Source: a virus
Lineage: Duplodnaviria > Caudoviricetes
IMG/VR virus record: IMGVR_UViG_3300008120_000416
Coordinates: 1-34,226 of that record
DNA: 34,226 nt
Direction: 5' to 3' (one strand)
The notes under the pieces are model-generated. The model was not told the origin of the DNA, did no database searches, and saw nothing but the letters and a program-made list of their open reading frames with translations. Of the stretch, positions 1 to 6,021 are shown one piece after another. Both the position numbers and the translations under genes were made by a program. Positions within the stretch are counted from its first letter, which is position 1. Each line of letters starts with the position of its first letter.

Positions 1-67
1 TACAGCTTGCACAACTATGGAAGCGTTTATTGCAGTAGTTGCACCTGTTACTACTAGTGAGCCATGA
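1..67 (+). repeat. Imperfect direct repeat of 33978-34044 (3' end of tail-fibre assembly gene)
   Basis: 63 of 67 nt identical by manual alignment; encodes TACTTMEAFIAVVAPVTTSEP* versus ...TTLEP*. Confidence 0.95.
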
Positions 68-228
68 TGGACGAGACAGAAGCAAAACTAAACTCTCATG
101 TCGATGTTTGCACACTTAGATATGAGATGTTATGCGCTAGGATTAAACGCCTAGAGAACATCATGCTTGCTGTGTCTGGTGTAATGTTGACTAGCATGGC
201 TGGCATCATTTTCACGAGCCTAAAATGA
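64..228 (+). CDS. Small coiled-coil protein with C-terminal TM helix (lysis module, holin-like)
   Basis: Hand translation MMDETEAKLNSHVDVCTLRYEMLCARIKRLENIMLAVSGVMLTSMAGIIFTSLK; ATGA overlaps at both ends. Confidence 0.75.
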   Translation: MMDETEAKLNSHVDVCTLRYEMLCARIKRLENIMLAVSGVMLTSMAGIIFTSLK

Positions 229-320
229 GAGAGTGGACTGAGGCATTTATTGCAGCAGTCCTTCTTTGTTCAACGATTGTTTGGTGTGTCTACATCATTG
301 TGTGGACATGGTACTTGTAG
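225..320 (+). CDS. 31-aa single-TM peptide
   Basis: MREWTEAFIAAVLLCSTIVWCVYIIVWTWYL; ATGA-coupled to upstream gene. Confidence 0.55.
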   Translation: MREWTEAFIAAVLLCSTIVWCVYIIVWTWYL

Positions 321-433
321 AGTTTTTTCTAGCTGTATCTATTGAATACAGATGTATAAAGTGGGCTTGGGTTGGCGATGTGTACAACAGAAAAGTCTAC
401 TGTATTGAATGGAAAATGGTAGATAGAAAATGA
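308..433 (+). CDS. 41-aa peptide with Cys/Trp beta-hairpin-like motif
   Basis: MVLVEFFLAVSIEYRCIKWAWVGDVYNRKVYCIEWKMVDRK; stop overlaps ATG at 430. Confidence 0.55.
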   Translation: MVLVEFFLAVSIEYRCIKWAWVGDVYNRKVYCIEWKMVDRK

Positions 434-933
434 TTCCAATAGACCCGATTGCTGCGCTTGATGGCTTGCAAAAAGCCATTGGCATGGTCAAGAAAGCCAG
501 TAAGGTAGCCAATGACTTAGGTGGTCTTGCGCCTATGCTTGGCAAGATGTTCGATGCCAAGAGTGCTGCTACAAAGGCTATGCTTCAAGCCAAGCAGTCT
601 AAAAAAGGCTCAAACATGGGGACTGCACTCCAAATCGAGATGGCCCTCGAACAGGCCCGTGCGTTTGAAGAAGAACTCAAGCAGCTATTCATGGTTTCGG
701 GAAAAATTGACGTCTGGAACAAAATTAAGGCTCGTCAAGCAGAGATGGACTTAGCAGACGCTAGAGAGATTAGCGCACTAAAAGCACAGGAAAAAAAACA
801 GAAGCAAGAAGAACGAGAGCAAATGGAGATGGTGGCTCTTATTGGAGGAATTGCGTTCGTAATTCTTCTAATTGGTATCGGCATAAATGAGTTATTTGAT
901 TTCTGTCAAACAACTAAACGCTGTGGGCGATGA
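430..933 (+). CDS. Helical protein with C-terminal membrane anchor, unknown function
   Basis: 167-aa ORF, coiled-coil character, hydrophobic VALIGGIAFVILLIGIGI near C-terminus. Confidence 0.85.
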   Translation: MIPIDPIAALDGLQKAIGMVKKASKVANDLGGLAPMLGKMFDAKSAATKAMLQAKQSKKGSNMGTALQIEMALEQARAFEEELKQLFMVSGKIDVWNKIKARQAEMDLADAREISALKAQEKKQKQEEREQMEMVALIGGIAFVILLIGIGINELFDFCQTTKRCGR

Positions 934-1082
934 ATGATTACCAGAAACAATTTGACCTGTTCCTCAAAATATTCGTGCGAATGTGTGTCGCATGGTATGC
1001 TGTTGGTTTTCTCCGCTTTCTTCCTGATAGTTTGTCTGACAAGATAGTTGCCAAGTTTTTAGCTTACATAGGACTAGGATGA
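930..1082 (+). CDS. 50-aa membrane peptide
   Basis: MNDYQKQFDLFLKIFVRMCVAWYAVGFLRFLPDSLSDKIVAKFLAYIGLG; ATGA overlaps at both ends. Confidence 0.65.
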   Translation: MNDYQKQFDLFLKIFVRMCVAWYAVGFLRFLPDSLSDKIVAKFLAYIGLG

Positions 1083-1255
1083 AAATCACTACTTATCAAG
1101 CCAATGCAAAGATGTTGTGGGAGGCTCATAGGGTGATACACCAACAAAATATGCAAAGACTTGCTGAGTTAAATCGTCAAGCTGAGTTGCAAAAGAAAGC
1201 CTACGAAATCAAGACCAATTGGGTAAAACCTAATTCTGTGGACACAATGGCATGA
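1079..1255 (+). CDS. 58-aa hypothetical helical protein
   Basis: MKITTYQANAKMLWEAHRVIHQQNMQRLAELNRQ...; AGGA SD, ATGA overlaps at both ends. Confidence 0.65.
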   Translation: MKITTYQANAKMLWEAHRVIHQQNMQRLAELNRQAELQKKAYEIKTNWVKPNSVDTMA

Positions 1256-1467
1256 GATATTTACTTCTGTTATCGGTACTACTTCTAGCTGGTTGCCTAG
1301 AGGACAGGTACAGATATAAGTGTCAGAATCCTGATTTCTTCCATGCTGAAGAATGTCAAAAACCTAAATGTTTGTTTACCCAAATGTGTCCAGAATACTT
1401 GGTTGCACCAATTCTTGAGAAAAAAGTAGGCGATGTACAACCAACACCACAGGAAACGCCAAAATGA
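1252..1467 (+). CDS. Cys-rich lipoprotein
   Basis: Signal peptide with LAGC lipobox, four further Cys. Confidence 0.8.
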   Translation: MRYLLLLSVLLLAGCLEDRYRYKCQNPDFFHAEECQKPKCLFTQMCPEYLVAPILEKKVGDVQPTPQETPK

Positions 1468-2414
1468 AAATTTCTGAAGTTAAAACAACAGAAGAAACAA
1501 TCGAACTTTTAAAGGTTTATGGTTGGTTGTTTGCTGTTGTGATTGTCATGTTGGTGTTTGGCTTGACAGTTTTTGCAATGCTTTATTCTGTGATTTTTGT
1601 GACACAGCCAATCAAGAGCATGGCCCCGATTGACCAAGCCTTCACTAAACTCTTGAATGACGTTGTGCTTTTGTTGGTTGGAAGTATTAGTACATTGATT
1701 GGTATGTTTGCCATCAACAAAGGGGCTAAATCGTTCGCAGAGAGGTTGAATCCAACTCCTCCTATGCAACCTATGTGTCAACCAATGCAAGGCTCATATG
1801 GCTCATCTTATGCGCCTCCACAATCTGCGTATGGACTGCCTAGTCAACCATTCGGTGCTATGCCAGTTTGGAAGAATCCAGAACTAGATGAATCATGGAC
1901 TCCTCCCCCTCCTCCGACTACGCCTCCAGAGCATCTTGAGGATGATGGTGGTGTTCTCATTTCCTTGTTTGGGACTTACAGGATAGGGCATCACTATGGT
2001 TGGCTAGAGCGTGATAACGACATGAAAATAGCCATTGCCAAGAAGAATGATGAGGCTCGTCAGATAGAGCAAAACATGACTGAGAAACTTAATCAACAAT
2101 CTGCAAAATTACAGGAGGCTAATAATGCTATTAACCAAAAAACTACTGCTCTTGCTGTCGCCAATCGTGCTGGTAAGTTGCGCCTCTGCCCCACAAGTAA
2201 CGTACAAGCCTCCGCAAGTCCCTCCACTACCAGCGCAGATACAAAAGCAACCAGTCAACCTGACAGACAGACTGACACAGCTTCTGATGCCGAAAGAGCA
2301 ACCATCGATGCCATCGCAGAAATAGTTGCACAAGGCGACAAAAATACTGCTGCACTCAATGCTTGTGTTGACTCGTATAACTCAATGAGAGATTTGTTAA
2401 ATGGTAAGTCCTGA
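1464..2414 (+). CDS. Apparent fusion of a two-TM holin-like protein with Pro-rich tail and an Rz-like inner-membrane spanin
   Basis: Two TM helices, poly-Pro tail to EHLEDD, abrupt switch at about 1946 to GGVLISLFGTY plus coiled coil; embedded Rz1-like ORF. Confidence 0.7.
   Translation: MKISEVKTTEETIELLKVYGWLFAVVIVMLVFGLTVFAMLYSVIFVTQPIKSMAPIDQAFTKLLNDVVLLLVGSISTLIGMFAINKGAKSFAERLNPTPPMQPMCQPMQGSYGSSYAPPQSAYGLPSQPFGAMPVWKNPELDESWTPPPPPTTPPEHLEDDGGVLISLFGTYRIGHHYGWLERDNDMKIAIAKKNDEARQIEQNMTEKLNQQSAKLQEANNAINQKTTALAVANRAGKLRLCPTSNVQASASPSTTSADTKATSQPDRQTDTASDAERATIDAIAEIVAQGDKNTAALNACVDSYNSMRDLLNGKS
2125..2325 (+). CDS. Rz1-like outer-membrane spanin embedded in the Rz-like frame
   Basis: Signal peptide with LVSC lipobox, Pro-rich mature part, nested in the +1 frame as in lambda Rz/Rz1. 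Confidence 0.8.
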   Translation: MLLTKKLLLLLSPIVLVSCASAPQVTYKPPQVPPLPAQIQKQPVNLTDRLTQLLMPKEQPSMPSQK

Positions 2415-3012
2415 CCAACTAAAAAAGATGCACATTGACCCATCTCTAGCAGATGCGTTCAACGAGACATTCCAAAGATTCGGAATCAATAGCCCTGTTC
2501 AACAAGCAAGCTGGATTGGTCAATGTGGGCATGAGTGTGGCAACTTTAAGATTCTTGAGGAAAACCTAAACTATCGTGCTGCTACGCTTTTAAAGCTGTT
2601 CCCTAGAACACCAAAGAGAGCGTGGGGTTTTACGCCAGAGGAAGCTGCTGCTTACGAGAAGCAACCACAAAAGATAGCCAACAGAATCTATGGCAATCGT
2701 ATGGGAAACAGGGATGAAGCGTCTGGGGATGGGTATCGTTTCCGAGGCTCTGGATTCCTCCAACTGACAGGCCATTCAAACTTCTATCACGCAGGTCAAG
2801 CATTGGGTGAAGACTTTGTTATGCAACCAGAGTTAGTCAGAACACCTAAATACGCTGCTATGACAGCAGGATGGTTCTGGCAGACACACAAGCTAAATCA
2901 GTATGCTGATAGCCGTGATTTTGTGATGATGACTAAAAAAATAAATGGAGGCATCATTGGTTTGGATGACAGAATCAAACACATCAATCATGCCTTGGAC
3001 ATTATTGCTTAA
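2401..3012 (+). CDS. Endolysin, glycoside hydrolase family 19
   Basis: QCGHE, EENLNY, DGYRFRGSGFLQLTG and KKINGG motifs. Confidence 0.92.
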   Translation: MVSPDQLKKMHIDPSLADAFNETFQRFGINSPVQQASWIGQCGHECGNFKILEENLNYRAATLLKLFPRTPKRAWGFTPEEAAAYEKQPQKIANRIYGNRMGNRDEASGDGYRFRGSGFLQLTGHSNFYHAGQALGEDFVMQPELVRTPKYAAMTAGWFWQTHKLNQYADSRDFVMMTKKINGGIIGLDDRIKHINHALDIIA

Positions 3013-3304
3013 CAAAAATTCCATCTTTATTGAGGAAACCTTTGCGGTCTTTAATCTCCTCGTAAGCACCTTTAAAGCACTCTACAAGGTCTAAATCTGC
3101 ACAGGCGCAACCCATCACTAGGGTAACGAGAATATCTCCATATGCGTCTGCTGTAGCTGCTGCATCTCCTTTAGAGATAGCGTCAAACAACTCGTCTAGT
3201 TCTTCCTTGGTTTTCAAGGCTTGAGCATATGGTGTGCTGTTCTGCACAATTCCTCGTGCTTCACCCCATTGAATGACTTTCATTTCAACATTTGCGTAAC
3301 TCAT
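3002..3304 (-). CDS. MazG-like nucleotide pyrophosphohydrolase
   Basis: KTKEELDEL...DAYGDILVTL...AYEEIKDRKG pattern. Confidence 0.85.
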   Translation of the reverse strand: MSYANVEMKVIQWGEARGIVQNSTPYAQALKTKEELDELFDAISKGDAAATADAYGDILVTLVMGCACADLDLVECFKGAYEEIKDRKGFLNKDGIFVKQ

Positions 3305-3633
3305 TTGATAACTTTCATAACTCTTTGTTTCTTACCAGAGCGTCCTTCTCTAGTGCCTGTAATCTCAATAAAGCCTTTGTCTAGCAAAGCACGATAGCGA
3401 GGTGTGATTGATGAGTAGCGATGCTCTGGGAGAGCCTCTAGCACTTCATCTGAGATACACCCATCAGGAAAGGCTTTAATAGCCTCATAGACGATTTGTT
3501 CTAGCTTGGTGCTATCAACTGCTTGTGCTGCTTCTTTAGACGTTTCTGGACTATCTTTTCTAGCTAACTTAAATGGTGGTGAGCCAAAGAACTTGTCCAT
3601 CGAATCTTTCATATTATCGAAAATGTCTTTCAT
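3301..3633 (-). CDS. Winged-HTH DNA-binding protein
   Basis: ARKDSPETSKEAA then wHTH-like SSITPRYRALLDKGFIE; start moved to ATG at 3633 behind AAGGAGA. Confidence 0.75.
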   Translation of the reverse strand: MKDIFDNMKDSMDKFFGSPPFKLARKDSPETSKEAAQAVDSTKLEQIVYEAIKAFPDGCISDEVLEALPEHRYSSITPRYRALLDKGFIEITGTREGRSGKKQRVMKVIK

Positions 3634-3650
3634 TGTCTTCTCCTTGAGGT

Positions 3651-3694
3651 GAGGGTACTCACATTCGTCCGACATTGCTGTCTGCTTTCCCCTC
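3651..3694 (-). ncRNA. Candidate structured RNA (stem with GAAA/AGUA internal loop and GCAA tetraloop hairpin)
   Basis: Minus strand GAGGG-GAAA-GCA-GACA-GCAA-TGTC-GGACGAA-TGT-G-AGTA-CCCTC, intergenic. Confidence 0.55.
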
Positions 3695-3704
3695 GTAAAC
3701 TTAC

Positions 3705-3941
3705 TTAAAAAGGTGCATCGTCATCTTGGTAAACAGCTTTTTTCTTAGGCTGAACATCTGCGTTCTTATTCTTGACAGACAAAGACATGAACTTAGCACC
3801 ATCTTTGCTGACCTTAATCCATGCAGACAACCAATATTCTGTGCCATCTACATTGATAGACCCCTTGTAATCAGGAAACTTTGCATCGTCTTTGCGGTCA
3901 TTCTTAAAGAGTGAGCCTCGATTTGTATTGTCGTATTCCAT
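3705..3941 (-). CDS. Small ssDNA-binding-like protein with SSB-type acidic tail
   Basis: NRGSLFKN...PDYKGSI...WLSAW...FMSLSV; ends DDDAPF; adjacent to ERF. Confidence 0.7.
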   Translation of the reverse strand: MEYDNTNRGSLFKNDRKDDAKFPDYKGSINVDGTEYWLSAWIKVSKDGAKFMSLSVKNKNADVQPKKKAVYQDDDAPF

Positions 3942-4553
3942 TTATAACTCCTTTGCTTTCTTTAAAGCTGTTCTTACTTTACTAGGCAGCAAAGTCCACA
4001 ATGCTATCTTTTGTTCAGCATCAAGGTTCTCTGCTTCCAACTTTACCCAAGCTTTCTTAGGTTCTTCTTTCTCGCAGAGGTCAATCAATTCCATTGCTAA
4101 CTCTTTGAGATAAATCTGTTCTTCTTCTGGGATGCTATCCATTGCACCTTGTGTTGGCGTAATGATTACCTTTTCTTCCTTGATAGGGGCAGAAGAATCC
4201 AGAGCGTCATGCTCAACGATTTCCATTGCTGTAACCCACAGGTAGCGTCTGGTGTACGTTTCTACTGCACCAAGGTTCTGGATAGGATGGCAGCCTTTAA
4301 GGTTAGCATCTGCCATTGGTGAAGTAATGATGATGTTAGTGCCATCATCTACATCTGTGATTGTAAGACTGGCTATCTCTGAATCGTAAGAGACTACGCC
4401 ACACAAGCCAATCTCGTTAAAGATTTGGTTAATCGTAGGGATGAAGTCACCAAGTTCAAAGTAGCTGTAACCAGCAAACTTGTTATGACCAGACTTCTTG
4501 AGAGGTGCGTTTTGCAACATGATTCGTGCTTGCATTAACTTCTTATGTACCAT
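3942..4553 (-). CDS. erf: ERF-family single-strand annealing protein
   Basis: KKSGHNKFAGYSYFELGD and QNLGAVETYTRRY motifs. Confidence 0.88.
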   Translation of the reverse strand: MVHKKLMQARIMLQNAPLKKSGHNKFAGYSYFELGDFIPTINQIFNEIGLCGVVSYDSEIASLTITDVDDGTNIIITSPMADANLKGCHPIQNLGAVETYTRRYLWVTAMEIVEHDALDSSAPIKEEKVIITPTQGAMDSIPEEEQIYLKELAMELIDLCEKEEPKKAWVKLEAENLDAEQKIALWTLLPSKVRTALKKAKEL

Positions 4554-4554
4554 T

Positions 4555-4725
4555 TCATTCTTCCTTTAAATATTCTTTAATCATTTCTTCTTTGTCTTCA
4601 TCGTAGAGGTCTTCAAACTCTACAAAGTGGTTCTCTGAACAGCAAGAGCCGTAGGTCTTTGGTTCAGTACAGTAAACACAATACAAGCCGTGTGATAAGT
4701 CCTTGATTGCGTCTTCTCTGGTCAT
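4555..4725 (-). CDS. 56-aa Cys-rich acidic protein
   Basis: Hand translation MTREDAIKDLSHGLYCVYCTEPKTYGSCCSENHFVEFEDL...; tightly packed with neighbours. Confidence 0.7.
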   Translation of the reverse strand: MTREDAIKDLSHGLYCVYCTEPKTYGSCCSENHFVEFEDLYDEDKEEMIKEYLKEE

Positions 4726-4880
4726 TGGATTCTGCCAATCTGTTTAGCAACTAACCATTTGTCGCCAAGTTTGAGAACTGACCTGACCCACTTGCGTTGG
4801 TTGTACTGGTTGACTTGTTGTGGAACTAAACTGTTGTTGTACAGTTGACGAGCCTTGCGTCTGAGTTGTTCTGTTTGCAT
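4722..4880 (-). CDS. 52-aa basic hypothetical protein
   Basis: MQTEQLRRKARQLY...KWVRSVLKLGDKWLVA; GGAG SD and TAATG coupling. Confidence 0.7.
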   Translation of the reverse strand: MQTEQLRRKARQLYNNSLVPQQVNQYNQRKWVRSVLKLGDKWLVAKQIGRIQ

Positions 4881-4960
4881 TAGCCTCTCCATGCCAACAT
4901 TACACCGATACCGCCAAAGATGATGACAGCGAGTGTCCATTCAATTAACTTTTCTTTCAT
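4880..4960 (-). CDS. 26-aa single-TM peptide, first gene of leftward operon
   Basis: MKEKLIEWTLAVIIFGGIGVMLAWRG with TAAGGA SD. Confidence 0.65.
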   Translation of the reverse strand: MKEKLIEWTLAVIIFGGIGVMLAWRG

Positions 4961-5002
4961 TTGGTTTTCCTTAAAAGTACCCTCACGATTTGTTTGGGCT
5001 GA
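4955..5002 (-). promoter_or_regulatory. Conserved structured 5' leader, copy A
   Basis: 31 of first 35 nt identical to 8801-8835; begins 4 nt after -10 TATACT (5012-5007). Confidence 0.85.
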
Positions 5003-5006
5003 CGTA

Positions 5007-5080
5007 AGTATAACGCAAATCAACGAAATGTTTAAAATATTTTCACAAAGTGTTGAAATTTTACAAAATGTTGTTATGAT
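5007..5080. promoter_or_regulatory. Divergent sigma70-type promoters with three 17-bp operator-like sites
   Basis: Leftward -10 TATACT; rightward TTGAAA(5053-5058)-16 nt-TATGAT(5075-5080) with extended TG; sites at 5019-5035, 5041-5057, 5059-5075. Confidence 0.75.
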
Positions 5081-5086
5081 GCAACT

Positions 5087-5263
5087 ATGAACAAACTAAC
5101 CGACAAAGAACTAATTGCCTTGCTTGGTGGGCCAACAGTCCTGTCTAAGCGATTAGGTTTCCCATCTAGCCAGCGAGTACACAACTGGATAACCAGAGGA
5201 ATTCCTGCTTCAATCAAATTGGCTTATCCAAAACTTTTCTTAAACAAAAGGATTAAGAAATGA
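5087..5263 (+). CDS. Cro-like HTH regulator, probably leaderless
   Basis: MNKLTDKELIALLGGPTVLSKRLGFPSSQRVHNWITRGIP...; ATG 6 nt after the -10, no SD. Confidence 0.8.
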   Translation: MNKLTDKELIALLGGPTVLSKRLGFPSSQRVHNWITRGIPASIKLAYPKLFLNKRIKK

Positions 5264-5568
5264 CAAAATTGTGTGCTGATTGCAATCAAGAAATTATTGG
5301 CAGAGAAAATAGTGCCAAGTTTTGCTGGACTTGTTGTGACCTTAGACCAAGAAAAAATGGTCAAGCACAAGCTGCTGCAAAGGTTAATCAGGCTGTAAAA
5401 AAAGGTATCCTACCGCCTGTAGCTACGTTAATTTGTGTAGATTGTGGCAAACCTGCACAATGTTATGAACATAGAGACTACAACAAACCATTAGAAGTTG
5501 AGCCTACCTGCAAGGGTTGTAATATCCGCAGAGGGCCAGCTATTCCTTTAACAAAAGAAACAATATGA
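5260..5568 (+). CDS. Zn-finger / HNH-like endonuclease
   Basis: Four CxxC pairs; CVDCG...EHRDYNKPLEVEPTCKGCN resembles the HNH variant HxDYxKPL. Confidence 0.7.
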   Translation: MTKLCADCNQEIIGRENSAKFCWTCCDLRPRKNGQAQAAAKVNQAVKKGILPPVATLICVDCGKPAQCYEHRDYNKPLEVEPTCKGCNIRRGPAIPLTKETI

Positions 5569-5912
5569 CTCAAGCACAAGTAATTAAAGCCCTCCAGAAC
5601 GGCCCATTGACTTCACACGAAGTAGCTAACCTAACTGGTATGCCGCAAGCCACAGTCCTCTGTACTGCCAAGACACTACGCAAACAAGGTAGGCTGACAA
5701 CAGAGCAGGTCAAGGTAGGCAAACATTGGGTTGCTCAGTACACCTTGGCTGACAATGAAATAGAAAAGCAAGACAGCAATGTGAAAATTATCTGTGGAAT
5801 CAAGACCTATGGCATCTTTACAAAAGCTGAATATGCTGTGATGAAACAACAGGCAACTCGATTGCTTGGCAAACAAGGTAAAAAAGAAATCACTAACAAT
5901 CAATTTATTTGA
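5565..5912 (+). CDS. Winged-HTH protein
   Basis: VIKALQNGPLTSHEVANLTGMPQATV...LRKQGRL. Confidence 0.75.
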   Translation: MTQAQVIKALQNGPLTSHEVANLTGMPQATVLCTAKTLRKQGRLTTEQVKVGKHWVAQYTLADNEIEKQDSNVKIICGIKTYGIFTKAEYAVMKQQATRLLGKQGKKEITNNQFI

Positions 5913-5918
5913 TACAAT
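5910..5918 (+). promoter_or_regulatory. Extended -10 promoter upstream of replication gene
   Basis: TG-A-TACAAT. Confidence 0.55.
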
Positions 5919-5923
5919 GTTTT

Positions 5924-5990
5924 GAAACACGGCTAGGTGGGGGGTAGCTACCCCACCGAAAAGAGTTCCTCCCTCTCCTGCCGCAGTTTC
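5924..5990 (+). ncRNA. Candidate multistem 5' leader RNA of the replication initiator
   Basis: GAAAC/GTTTC and CGGC(T)AGG/CCTGCCG outer stems, inner GGTGGGG/CCCCACC or palindromic hairpin, GAAAA linker, AGAG/CTCT hairpin. Confidence 0.6.
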
Positions 5991-6021
5991 TTTCTAGGGA
6001 GTGGTTTAAAAGGTGAGTTAT

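Noticed and set aside
1-67. True direct terminal repeat or att site
   Set aside because: The copies differ at 4 positions, the right copy is not at the window end, and no integrase is present.
240-259. EAFIAAV-coding stretch similar to EAFIAVV at 20-39
   Set aside because: Short imperfect match in hydrophobic coding sequence; cannot be distinguished from chance.
5924-5990. Hammerhead ribozyme, tRNA or C4 antisense RNA
   Set aside because: No CUGANGA core, no cloverleaf with a TTC loop, and no recognisable C4 pattern; kept as an unnamed structure.
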